From NCBI RefSeq assembly GCF_001194135.2, contig NC_068983.1:52042854-52075196 (forward strand): a stretch of 32,343 nucleotides of DNA, in the 5' to 3' direction. The notes under the pieces are model-generated. The model saw only the letters and a list, made by a program, of their open reading frames with translations, ran no database searches and was not told where the DNA came from. How positions within the stretch are numbered: the stretch's first letter is position 1; the number at the start of each line of letters is the position of its first letter. This DNA is from Octopus bimaculoides (lineage: Eukaryota). A program made the translations under genes and the position numbers. Shown here one piece after another: positions 10,994-23,304 of the stretch.

Positions 10994-11783
10994 ATTAATC
11001 ATGGCGTTGTAAGGCAAGCTACTTAACCTGCACTTGTACAAGGACGTTATAACATCACTTTAGCAATAAGACACATTTCAGTTTATATTTTAAAGAACAT
11101 ATCATGAACGATTCTTCACTGCCGTACACTGTCACGATAACACACTAGACCCAGTTGTCACTATCAGTCATTGTTTGAAGAATTTATTTGATCTAATTAG
11201 TTACCAAATTAGGTACAGCTGCCCCACAGAAAACAAAGTAAACTAGACGGAATATATTTTCATGTAGAAACATTTGTTCTTCATCATTTACAGAATGATG
11301 ATGATATATTTTATGAAGTACAGGATCCCTACTTAAAATATTGTTTACAAATGTAAATATTATGTTGGTGTATTTCTAGATAAACATAGTAGATTACTAT
11401 TTAAATGCCAGGTTAAATTTTTCAGTATATGCAAATATATTAGAAAATCGCTCCTAGCCAAATAGTGATACACAAAGCCATAAAAGTACTGAATGAATAT
11501 GATACATAGAGATATTTCACGAGCATATTCGAGATAAAGGATTATATTTTTGTTTAGAATCTAGCTTTCTTTCAAATTGCAATTTTTTTCAACTCAACAT
11601 TTTTTCTCATACACGGCAAAACATAAGAAAAAAAGAGGTTTATAGACTGAAACAAAAAAACAGACCACAAATGAATTTGACATTTGAAGGAAAGCAGATA
11701 TATTTACAAACATTGAGATGTTTGACCTATTAACAAATTTTATATGCAGATATATAATTAAGCAATTCATAATTGCTTATATA

Positions 11784-11990
11784 CAAGGGGTGCTGAAAGG
11801 CTTTTAGTATCTCAAGATACTTGGAGCTCCAAACTTCCGAGTTTTTTTTTTTACAACGCTAGAAAAACTGAAGAACCGCTGCGGTAAGTGTAGAAATCTG
11901 AGAAGGGAGTACGTTGAATAAAATCATAATTAACAGATACTCCTGCATTTTCTTTTACCCAAAGCCAGCAAGATCTCAGCTCTCCCTCTG
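11784..11990 (+). mobile_element. Second mariner-derived MITE
   Basis: Starts TA|caaggggtgctgaaag; the right end reverse-complements to agaggga-gagctgagatcttgctggctttgggtaaaagaaaatgcagga, an imperfect TIR match. The interior encodes NRCGKCRNLRREYVE*, resembling the mariner C-terminal RW.KC...GEYVE. Confidence 0.72.
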
Positions 11991-12372
11991 CACCGTCTTA
12001 GCGCTGGTAGTGAAATGTATACATGACTATGCACAAGTCTATGTGTGCGTGGGTATCAAAGTATAGTCATCGAGTACTGTGCACATGCAGTGGGCGATAT
12101 ATTATGGGGGGGGGGGCACTGCTTTACAGCAATTGAATGAAAATAGCCATAACACGTGTGTCTGTGTGCAAGTGCTTGGTGTGTTGTGTGTAAATGAATG
12201 GGCAATGCATGATAATGCATACACACACACACAAGCATATNNNNNNNNNNNNATATATATATATAACTAAATCAAGGATATGAATCCTCTTAAAGGGATG
12301 TCAGCATCCCAAGTTTCCCGGTTGTATCGAGTGTATTAGTGAAAACCAAAGGTGTTATCTTCGCAGTGATAG

Positions 12373-12413
<41 letters not shown>

Positions 12414-12617
12414 AAACTGTCTATCTTTGTGTGTGCATCTGTCTCTCTATCTAGCTATATAAATATATATATAAACAAACATATGTACACATATACACAT
12501 GCATACAAATATGCACGTGTGTACGTGTGCAAATGCATGAACGGGTGCGCATACTTGTGCGTGGGCGCATAGATGTGCGCGTGCGAATGCATGTGCACGT
12601 GCGTGTAGCCCCTTGCA

Positions 12618-12648
<31 letters not shown>

Positions 12649-13737
12649 AGCGTATCTATTTCATTGCTCTTTTAATATAATCTCTCTTATGCGTGCATGT
12701 ATATCCATCAATTTCATGAATGCTGCAGCATTTTGCTGTGGGTAGACTCCTCTGTTGCCAAAGTGCTTATCGTTTATACGGTGTTACTTAATAATCATTA
12801 TTTTGTACAATTGCAAAGTAGATACAGTGTTGCTTCATTAAAGGGAATTCATAGCTTTGGGTACTGTATACAATGTCGGATACAAAAGGTTGTGTGCACA
12901 TTAAACGAGCGCCAAAAGGACGGGGTTTTCTATGATCGCGCTTAAGCTTGTTTTCCTTTGTTGGCATGTATATGTTTTCCTGAAGAAGTATTAGTATATA
13001 TTGAATTTATATTCATGTCATAATCTGTATGCTGTACAAAGCTCATGACGCATATATATCGTTAATAGAAAACATTATTAAATTACATGACAAAACAAGC
13101 CAGAAAGAACCTAACGACATTAATGATGAAACAAATCCCCAACCACGAAGCGAAATATGAATGATGGAGTTCTATGGCTCAACCCATGGCGACTATAATC
13201 TCAGTGCTAGGTTAGTCAGTCTAACTAAAAACGTGATAGGCAATACTGTCAACTTCTATTATTTGAGCAGCCTGAAACTTTACACCATGAGTACGAAGGA
13301 GTGTCACATCTGAATGATTTAAAGATATCACTGATAAACACAAATCTAAGGACATGCAGTTTAAATATTTTTTTGTTTTATCTTTCATTCAAAAAAACCA
13401 CCTGCTTTAAGACCACCGGTTCCGAAATTAATATAACCATGAATGCAATAAAATGTTTGCTGTTTCATGATAATTCCATACCTTGAAATAGAAACGTGAT
13501 GAACCATTTGAGTTTGCGCAGTCGAGCTATGATTAGAAATCAATCGCACATACATTTAACGTTTTATCCTAAGCGACAAAGCGAAGGTGACCAATATATA
13601 CAAGGATGAAGAATAAAGGGTGGAATGAAACAAAAATGGATTCGACATGGGAAATATGAGAAGAAAAGCTAATTAAGACATTCACATAGTTAAACGTGGA
13701 ATTCATAATTAACACTAACCTCAAAATAGTCAGTTAC

Positions 13738-13847
13738 CTAGAATCTTAGGCGAGTGAAATACTGCCTCTTTCATAAACCCAACGAAATAATTACCCACAT
13801 TAGGAGAGGTTGAAATCACCCACCGTCTTTCACTAAACAAATAGCAT
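13738..13847 (-). CDS. Candidate internal exon (110 nt), unknown gene
   Basis: Minus strand: ttcctctacag| ... TAG|gtaact. Single open frame CYLFSERRWVISTSPNVGNYFVGFMKEAVFHSPKIL. No homology recognised. Confidence 0.22.
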
Positions 13848-14149
13848 CTGTAGAGGAATTTCCGGTCTACCCTCGCTTGAAATAGTCTTCAATAAAGTAG
13901 AATCACACGACGCCAGTGAACGAACAAAACTAACGATGAAAAGAAAAAAAAATAACATCAACTATATTTAATCTACACCAGTAAGACGCAGATTAAAGAG
14001 TAGGAAATTATCTCCGTATATTAAATCACGTGTAAATATGGACGGTAACTGAGACAAATTACATTGATTAAAAACACAACCATGTCTGCGAAATTTCAAT
14101 TGGACGCCATTTCAATGTTACCATAGGGGTACTTGGGCTTTATCGAGGG

Positions 14150-14430
14150 CAAAAAATATCAGTTAAAAGAACCAGTACGCAAGACACAAAGCTGCTTAGC
14201 GATGTTAGTAACGCTGAATGAACCTCGGGTTCTCCGTAGCATAGTAAAATATAATCTCATCCTATCGTGAGATGCGATGACAGCATTTTGCATGTCATAT
14301 ATTCCCAGGCATTTTGGCTTCCTGTCTTGGTCAGATCAACGAACTCAATATAAAATTATTGATGATTTTCACAAGCTGCCTTAGTACCTGACAAACAGGA
14401 CAAGTCGTATCAGTAATCCTATGACCTGAG
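14150..14430 (-). mobile_element. Heavily decayed LINE reverse-transcriptase fragment
   Basis: Minus-strand pieces VLRQLVK, YIEFVDLTK and YGEPE follow the order of non-LTR RT motifs (LRQL.EK, YIAFVDL.KAFD, YG.P), with frameshifts. Confidence 0.4.
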
Positions 14431-14494
14431 TGACACCCTCATGCCAATTTCAACGTAAATATTAATCTGATGAAGCGTTACTCTCTCTCTCACT

Positions 14495-14563
<69 letters not shown>

Positions 14564-15499
14564 AGTCTACATTGTCAATCGCATGCTTAGAAAAGTTTCG
14601 ACTCAATAGATACACCGAAAAGCAGTTGTTAATCACTCACTGATGTCGCACATAGCTCACAGGTTGGGAAAAATTAAATCGTTATTAGCAACGGAAGCAG
14701 GACTTCTACTGAATTGCAATCTATATAACTTACTTACTATGGGTATAGTAATAGAAAACCACATGATAGACGTATTACATTTGATCTCCGCCGATTTGAC
14801 GGCGCACATTCATTGCTCGAACACTCGAACTACCCGCTCCTTTAATTACTCTCTAAACAGATAAAACTGCCTTAAAATAAATTTCAGTATCAAAATAAAA
14901 TCAATGTGACTTTTCTACACCGAGATTAGATTTTGTCAAATGACAATGACAAGGCTTGGATTTTCCCGAAGCTATGGTAAAATATTCTTCCCTTAGCTAC
15001 CATGCAGTGTTAATCGAACACGGGTCGTCGTGTTCGCGAGGGGAATTTCACTCCATTATGTTGAATCCGTATATATATTTATACACTTTTGATTGCACAT
15101 TGCCAGTGTGCACATCTTTTAAATGTCATATACATTTAGAGAAATGGTCGCTCATTTACAATTTTTATAGCCACAACTAATACGTATCATGATAATTTTA
15201 AATAAACTGAAATTTACTGACATTAAACGATAACAGAAGGAAGTTTATAGTGTGCGACGGTTAGAGTTACCTCCACTTGCTTAGATATTTCAATTTATCT
15301 AGGAATATGATTGCTTTAAGTGCTTCTTAATACATTACTATACATGTTGGTTTAAATGCTCTTTCTTTGATCTCAAATTATTGTCCTTGTATGTAAGCGG
15401 TTCTTTGACAAACTAAATTTGCAATTAAACATACGATCATGCAAAAGACAGCAATAATCTAGTGAAGTTGCATGCGAAAACCAAGAAGCTAATTTCAGT

Positions 15500-15755
15500 G
15501 AAAGGAGAGGGCAGGAGAGGAGAGGACAGAAAGGAAAGGAGACAAACTAACTTATGTTCGGAAATTTGGAAATAAGGTGCATTCAGAACGAAAGGAAGAG
15601 GTGATATTCGGTAAGAAGGAAAGGGAGAAACGAAGGAAGAAAGAGAAATGGGTGGCTTTAGATAGAAGAAAAGGGAAACGTGGAGAATTAGGGAGAAGGG
15701 GGGAAAGGAAGAGGAAATAGAGAGAAGGGAATTTATGGGAAGAAATGGATGGGTG
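15500..15755 (+). repeat. Purine-rich low-complexity tract (GGAA/GAGA-like)
   Basis: Strong purine bias on the plus strand; explains the L/S/P/F-rich minus-strand ORFs at 15437-15983. Confidence 0.8.
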
Positions 15756-16065
15756 AGTAGTTTTATAGTTTCCGACGAATCTGTCATGATTGCTCCATTT
15801 AATAAGATCAATACAGCCATATTGATAGAAATTATCTAAGGATTCAATTCTCACAAGAGAAATGCAACAAATAGTGAACTGGTACGGAGATTGAAGAAGT
15901 TTACTAAAAGCTTGTTCAATTAATTCAGGATTCGAATGTAATTGGTAACAGCTGCATATTAAATGAAGACTCTGACGGAGCATTCCACTATTTCAACAAC
16001 TTTAATCCGGTTTCCATAAATGACACATTGATAAATAGCTTTATATGAAGTATAATTGTATCGCG

Positions 16066-16067
<2 letters not shown>

Positions 16068-16126
<59 letters not shown>
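16068..16126. repeat. (TA)n microsatellite
   Basis: Uninterrupted TA run. Confidence 0.95.
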
Positions 16127-16130
<4 letters not shown>

Positions 16131-17639
16131 CATGTTTTCCAGGATATACATACATAGATGCATGAATATATAGATAGAAAGAGAGAGAGCGACAAAGACA
16201 GACAGATAGATATAGTGAGTTAGAAAGAGGACGAGAGAGGGAGAGAGATAGAAAGTGAGAGAGAATGGGGTATGTATTTCATTTAGCGTATATGATATGC
16301 GTAATATATGTATGCATTTCGGTGTGTAAGTTTCTCTATAGATAATTAAGCGAAGCTGCATGCAAATTCTTTGACATTTATATCCCTCATTTTTTTTTCT
16401 TTTGTATTATAATTGATAGCCAAAGGTTCCACGGATTTAGACTCTAAACATAACAGAAATTTATGCCAGCAAATTTAATTATAATATTCGCTGTCCGATA
16501 TAAGCTTTCGTTCTCCAAGTAGTCATGATATTAAATTTATTTGCGATACGCTCTAATATAATTGCTGCAATTACATCGCTTACACAAAGCACGCCAGAAA
16601 TACTGTTCAAATTTCATGTTGACTTGGTTGTATAAATTCTTTCACAATAAAAATGCATAAATTCCTCCGTGTTTATTGACAGTTGTTCTTCGATTTCACT
16701 TGTGAAACCGCTGATCATTCGTCTAATTTTCTTCCTTTATATCGCACACATTCACATGCGTGCACATACAAACACGCAACACTCATATACATACATATAC
16801 ACACTAACAAGTCTTCTCTCTTTTTGCCCGCTTAACTCATTCGTTATGCATTTATCTCTTTCTACAAATTTCTCTCATCTATTTTCTCTGTTACTTTCTC
16901 TCTCCCTCTTGAATTTTCTATATTTCTGTATAGGATAATTATTATTGATTTAAACAATATTGCAACAGTCAGATTGGGGTCATGATCAATTGTAATCGTA
17001 CTATTCAGATTAAGTTTGTGTCAGACAATAAATTAATTTTCTAATATCCAGTATTTCACAGAGGTTATAAAATTAGAGAAAACCATAAGGCAAGCATTCT
17101 TTATGTTTAGGATTCCAAGCCTATTTATTGATTCGTTGCCGTTTCTTAGCTCAGTCAAAGATTTTTATGTATCTCCAATTTCGCTCTTCTGTGAGCATTC
17201 AGAGACATTTTCCAAAATGTATTCAGTTACAATTGAAACGTATAAAATGTAATAGCAAAGCTAGTTAAATTCATCTACAAATCTATAAAATTTAATGCTA
17301 TAATTTTCTCATCCTACAAAATTCTATAGCCTACATGACGTCAACACAGATTTTTACATTCTTTTATGTCTGAGAAAACGTAGTTAGCATTCCTGGGTAG
17401 ATAATTTGAAGTTAAACTAAATTTAAACTTTAAAAGCTGTTCAGATATAATAAACCTATACATTTATCATTTAATTCAATGTAGTCACCCTACAGGCATA
17501 ATTATATGCGCATAATAAGTAGATGTATTTGACAAAACGTATAATTAACATCTATTGATTTAATGAAACAGTTACGACACAATTTGTTTATGGCAAACTG
17601 TTGTGGTTATAGTTTAGCTAAAAGGTTATTCTGATTAAG

Positions 17640-18470
17640 CAGACATGAGAAGTCTCCCGACGTAATCATTTTGTCTTTTTTATGAGCGTTTAAAGCTAGA
17701 CTAGCGACTGTCCTTTCTTTTTTCAAAAAAGTCGAGTGTCGATCAATGAATATTAGGCAATTATTTTGGACAGAACGACAGACAACCTTGAAATTCCTTT
17801 CCTTGAAATTGTTTCCTAGATGCGTACGCGTTACGTTATAGATTATTGCAGGATTTGATGGGGGTTGGCTTGAAGGCACAGAAAACCAAATTTTTGAAAC
17901 CTAACGTCAAGTTCTCGCTTTCAGTTGTGATTTGAAGTATCATGGCTTATGAGCATTGTAGAAATTTGAGTTCCAGCAGGGCATGGAATCTAGAGACAAT
18001 TCCAAAATCTCCGATCATTATATCAGCTCATTTTCTTAGATAAGTAGCTCACTTGACAACAAGCCTCATGGCGATTCTGAACTGTTGTGCTAAAAAGAAA
18101 TGATGTGATCATCTTCCGTCGTCAAGAAAATAGGTGGAACTAAATGATTCTATAGAGATTACTTGAAATCTATCACACTTGACCAATGTTACAGGCTGGT
18201 TTCCTCAATGCCACCACATATTCAGGCAGTCATTGAAATCAAAATCACCCCAGGGTATTACTTTTTCAAATTATGTACCCAGCATTTAATTTTGTTACAA
18301 ATTTTATTCCAGAGTGAAGATATATTTTGATGTTTAAAATTACTTTCAAACGTTCTGAATAATTGGATTCTTAATGTTTCTTGTGCAGAAACCATCGATG
18401 TTCTGTTATATCAATAAAATACTGGAAAAAAAAATTAATTTAGATCTCATGAACTGATTCAAAACTTGAC
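17640..18470 (+). mobile_element. Decayed Tc1-like DNA transposon (transposase pseudogene)
   Basis: 18163-18258 reads LKSITLDQCYRLVSSMPPHIQAVIEIKITPGY, matching the Tc1 C-terminal C..LV.SMPRRIQAVI.AKG..TKY. An upstream GLKAQK-like segment near 17868 and EFQQ near 17960 are in the expected order. Many stops and frameshifts; TIRs not resolved. Confidence 0.7.
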
Positions 18471-18579
18471 AAAAATTCAGTGTCAATTTCTACATTATAT
18501 TCTAAATTTTAGAAAATCATTTCAACAAGATAAACTGCTGAGAGGAGAAGGTAACTTCCACACCATGAACCTCAGAAGT

Positions 18580-18670
18580 TGGCTGGTATTACATTTTATT
18601 GACCCTAGATATGTAATAGGAAATGTTGACTCCAGCCGAATATGAACAGAGAACGAAAAAGAACATTAAG
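18580..18670 (-). mobile_element. SINE family A fragment (very degenerate)
   Basis: ctggtattacattttattgaccc...gttgactccagccgaatatgaacagagaacg parallels the family A body and B-box region. Confidence 0.45.
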
Positions 18671-18799
18671 TATTTTTAGACAACCTAACGAATGTGCGAA
18701 TTCGGAATGGATAAGCATACAACTAACATTTAATGAAACAATCGATTACTTAAATAATTAAAATCTTAACGAACTAATTAATGATACTTTTTTGTTAAT

Positions 18800-18985
18800 C
18801 CTTTGGAGCAAGCCTACCAATATTGACGGGTAGGGAAGTCGATCACATCGACTCCAGTACTTGACTGTTATTTATTATATCGACCTTGAAAGGTTCAAAG
18901 TTATAGTCTACCTCGGCAGCATCTGAACTCAGAACGTAGCATTCGGAAATAAAGGCTACAAATCATTTTGTCTAGCGCAGTAATG
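18800..18985 (-). mobile_element. SINE family A copy
   Basis: aagtcgatcacatcgactccagtacttgactg...tatcgaccttgaaagg...ctacctcggcagcatctgaactcagaacg; B-box-like GAGTTCAGAT on the minus strand. Confidence 0.75.
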
Positions 18986-19334
18986 ATTATGTCGCTTAGC
19001 CGTGTAAAGTAATTGTTTAGTAATGAAAAGTGAACTGAAATACAACCAGTGAATGTGTTTATCAATAGGATAATCACTCTTACGAGATACAGTTTGCAAT
19101 CATTATATTCATATCTAGAGAATCCACGTCTCTTTTTCTTGTATAAACCCGAGAACATCTCGACTTTTGTCACAATGCCTATTACCATATCTATCAGCGG
19201 TTTCTCCCCGTTGGAAGAGGAAGTAGTCTAACCTTAGCAAAAAATTATTATAGGTAACAGCTATTAATTCTATTCATTTCCACATCTATATCCTGTGGAA
19301 ACATGGATAAAACAAAATAATTAAAGTACACTAA

Positions 19335-19337
<3 letters not shown>

Positions 19338-19390
<53 letters not shown>
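19338..19390. repeat. (TA)n microsatellite
   Basis: Uninterrupted TA run. Confidence 0.95.
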
Positions 19391-19393
<3 letters not shown>

Positions 19394-19462
19394 TGACGGG
19401 CATGACTGCAGCTTTGAAGCTGAAAAAATTTAAAGATTTATATATTTATATATATAACGGGC

Positions 19463-19780
19463 AAAGAACCTCTTCTCGATTAATCATGGAATTCCACCTA
19501 GAAAGTCTCCCCACGAGGCACATGTTCAGGCAAGTTTGTTTATAGAAGACTAGCTGTCGCCCATGCATACTCTCCACGCCACCTCTGTTGTCCAAGGGAA
19601 AGGCAAAGGCCGATACAGCTTGGAACCAGAGACGTTTTAACTCATTTCTACTGCTGGTGAACGGGAACAACGTGAAATAAAGTGTCTTGCTGAATGACAC
19701 AGCACGATACTGTGTATCGAACTCATGACCTTATAATCACGAGTCGCATATCATAACCACTCATCCATGCACCTTCTCAC
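19463..19780 (-). mobile_element. tRNA-headed SINE, family C
   Basis: Aligns with 7950-8252 (gcccatgcatac, tccaagggaaaggcaaaggccgatacagctt, gtgaaataaagtgtc). Minus-strand head has GAGTTCGATAC (B-box-like). Confidence 0.85.
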
Positions 19781-21610
19781 GTGAACCGCGCGCGCGCACA
19801 CGCTTGCCAAAAGTTCCATGTATTGAGGTGGAAAGCGGAAAAACACACGGCGACAAACTGTATATTTTATGTATATAACCTAGCTGTTGCACAGTGGATA
19901 CAAAATTCTCTTTATCCCTGCATAATAGACTATGCCGTATGATGAAGCATAAACCGTTCTATCATAGAATATGTTTTTAGTTTCCATTTTTTTCACTGGG
20001 ATTTTTGTGCACAATGTATCTATTATTGGATCGCTAACTCATTTCTCTGCTTGACGACTGAAGAAATGAACTTCGAGTAAGCAATGAATGAAGATAGTAC
20101 TGTAACGAAGTCAAAAATTTATGAGTTATAAGATGCAACTGTTTAGAGCGATGCAATACGTTACTCTATGTTTATTTGAATAGGGACTTCAAAGTAATTC
20201 ATTATTACGTGAGCAGTTTTGTTCGACGTTGAACCCGATTTATTTGGCATTTTTTACATAGCGGTGGCTTTCATGCTTTTCTTTTCCGAAAAATTAATGA
20301 TAAGAAAAATTAACGATTTATTTCTAGATGCCATTACTAGAAGTTTCTCATCGGCTTAAATTTACAAAACATTCAATATTTAAAACTTGATAACTTTATA
20401 CATTTTTATTTTTTCTAAGAACGAAAAATATTTTCGCAATTGCTATGCAGGACTATATTTGAGTATAAAATTTCATAAAAATCGTGGAAAGGTTCTCTTG
20501 TTTCTTTTTTTTTTTGTGCGTGTCTTAGTTATGTACAACACTTATGCATCATTCAAAACATACATAGTATATTGAAAATGCATTTAAAACATGCATCCTA
20601 TATTTAAAAATAAAAATTAATTGTTTCTAATGATTCTCTCGATATACGTAAGATGGGGTATATGTCTCTTTGTATGCAGCTCCATGTATATACATATACA
20701 TGTTTGTGTGTGTGTATAAATGTGTACATATATGTATGTATACGTATGATTGTATGCATGGGAATTCTTGAATAAAACATCATGGATAACGAGTATCCAA
20801 GCAAGAGTCAAAACAAAGTAAAGATAACTGTAGAATGAATAGTTTTAAATTTGGGATTTAATGTTTCATCAACAGAACTCTGCTTTCATTAATTCAATTG
20901 GTCCCTTGACACTAAATATTCTGAATCAGTAAATTTCGTTCAAAACAAGCAAAACTATTTCTTCGGGAAATGTGACGTCAAATAAGTAGATGTAGATTGA
21001 TTATTCAAATTCTACAACATTTCATGCAAAATAAAGTGAACACCCATATATCTAGAACATATGTATACACACTATTATGATAAAAAGATTTCTCGACGTT
21101 ATCTAACGTGAAAGAGTTAGAGGTAGATAACACAATTAAATGAGGTCATTTCGTGTTAACAAACACGACCAACTAGTACATAATCTATTATGTTCATACA
21201 CATTATTATAAGAAATATGTAAATATATTACTGGATAAATAGATGAAGAAATGGACAAGTGAATCAATAATGGAAATATGCAGAAAATCGATACCTAATT
21301 AAATCAATAATAATATAGAATTGTACATAAGTAAAAGATGTAAACAGATGTAGTCTACGAGAGTTGTATTGAAAAAAAATTCTCTTAAACATGTTTAAAC
21401 ATAGAAATACCTTCCTTCTTTACATGGATATGTGTATATAAATGTCCTTTATGCTCTTTTATATACATACGTACAGATATTTATATAGGTTCATTTCTAC
21501 ATAAACCTGTCTGCATTCCAATACACTGACACGCATCCATACATAGACAAACTGAAAGAAATCCCCACCACACTCATATGCATGCATACATACGTGCATA
21601 CATACATACA

Positions 21611-22365
21611 ATCCAGAAACAAGAGATTGTCACAAAGTACCTGGTGAACAAGAGAGACGTTGACGCTCTTGCAATCTCAAAGTTTAACCGCATGTGTAGG
21701 CTGTCATGTTTCTGTAGAAGATATCATGCATCTGATTAACAGCCGTCTTAAAATGTCGTCACGGTACTACCGCCTAATGCGGCAGAATGTTGTCGCTAAA
21801 ACAATTTACACTGCCATCCACAAAAAAAAACTGTCCTGAAATAAACTTAGAAAATCCCTCTGCTATGGAATAATTCATAAATACCAAATCAAAGAATACT
21901 GATCGAATATTCCCAACAAAAGTTATGTCAAATTTAAACATAAAAGGTTAGATATTCTTGTGTGGGACAGAGGGGCAAATGTTTGCTCCGTTATAGAGTT
22001 CAGCTATCCTGCCAATATAAATATCTCTTTGAAAATCAAAGAAAAAGATGATATCTACGGACAACTGCTTCAAAAACTCCAGCTTCCATATCCAGATTAT
22101 GCATTCCTATTCATACCAATAATAATTGAAGCACTAGGTTTTTTTAGTAAATACTTAAAGATGAATCTGGATAAACTGGAATTTTCAGGAAAAGAAATCA
22201 ACCGGCAAGTGGAATCTGTGAGTGGAACAGTAAAAATAATCAAGACTTTTCTCAAGTTCAAAATGTGAATCTGCCCGAGTTAACTGCATCTCAAAGAGGG
22301 AGACTTGTATCTTTGTTAGAAACCGGCTCCCTCCTCAGTGGAAGATTTATAATAAAAAATGGAAA
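21611..22365 (+). mobile_element. 3' fragment of an R4/Dong-like non-LTR retrotransposon (zinc knuckle + restriction-like endonuclease), pseudogenised
   Basis: With frameshifts: IQKQEIVTKYL...CRL(C)HVSVEDIMHLINSRLKMSSRYYRLMRQNVVAKTIY (decayed CCHC knuckle), then KHKRLDILVWDR...VIEFSYPANINISLKIKEKDDIYG...FIPIIIEALG...GTVKIIKTFLKFKM* (PD-(D/E)xK RLE, with RPD changed to RLD). Stop at 22266-22268, followed by a short 3' UTR. Confidence 0.88.
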
Positions 22366-22373
22366 AGAGATAA

Positions 22374-22375
<2 letters not shown>

Positions 22376-22432
<57 letters not shown>
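22376..22432. repeat. (AC)n microsatellite
   Basis: AC run running into the gap at 22433-22480. Confidence 0.95.
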
Positions 22433-22482
22433 NNNNNNNNNNNNNNNNNNNNNNNNNNNNNNNNNNNNNNNNNNNNNNNNGT

Positions 22483-22525
22483 TATGGAATAATTCATAAA
22501 TACCAAATCAAAGAATACTGATCGA

Positions 22526-22529
<4 letters not shown>
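22483..22529 (+). repeat. Exact 47-bp direct copy of 21864-21910
   Basis: tatggaataattcataaataccaaatcaaagaatactgatcgaatat is identical at both sites. Confidence 0.95.
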
Positions 22530-22586
<57 letters not shown>

Positions 22587-23304
22587 TGCTTATCAAAGAT
22601 CCACATTAGACTCCTCACCCGAATCACTATCGAACCAAGAATTTTACTACGGTCTGTCTATACCACTTAGCGTTGCCTGCCACTCTTTGGGTCTTCTAGA
22701 TACCAATACCTCTCATATATTTGTATGTACAAATTCGGACATGAACGTAAATACATTATAAATGAATAAATACACGTATTTCTATACACGAGCGCCTATG
22801 TTTCTACACGTGCACATATGTCTGAATACTGGTCTGTAAATATGGTGTATAGTCATTTATATAGGCATGTATACATGTATCAGCATACATACACTTTCAC
22901 GGGCATTTATATTTAAATATATAGATATATGCATTGATACACAAATTTATTCCGTCTTAAATACATGTATTTTTCGAAAACTCATCAATGCTCATTTGGT
23001 ATCGACTTTTGTGAGCTTAATCGAACATTTGAATGGAAATTACCATAACCATTTTATTTTTCCTGCAGAGTTTTGCATTTTTTCACGTGTAAAATTTCAA
23101 CAAAATCAACAGAATAGTCTTTAAGGAAATGCTTATTTATATTTGTGGTCCTCTGCACCACTGAACACAACGTCATCGGTCTGTCATCTATTAATCCTGC
23201 CACAGCCTGCCGAACCAGTTATAACTTCTTAATGGGTAATAGTTAGCACGGGGAACGTAAAAGGTCTCAATACAAGGTCAGAGGTGGGCTTAACGTCAAC
23301 ACAG

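Noticed and set aside
11294-11352. Plus-strand exon candidate NDDDIFYEVQDPYLKYCLQ
   Set aside because: Good acceptor but mediocre donor (AT|gtaaat), no homology, and no supported partner exons.
14467-14480. CTGATGA heptamer at ~14467
   Set aside because: No downstream GAAA or stems; it is followed by microsatellite, so it is not a hammerhead.
15437-15983. 127-aa and 143-aa minus ORFs
   Set aside because: Largely the complement of a purine-rich low-complexity tract; no domain recognised.
20876-20928. Plus-strand exon candidate NSAFINSIGPLTLNILN
   Set aside because: Splice-like signals of this quality are common in AT-rich DNA; no independent support.
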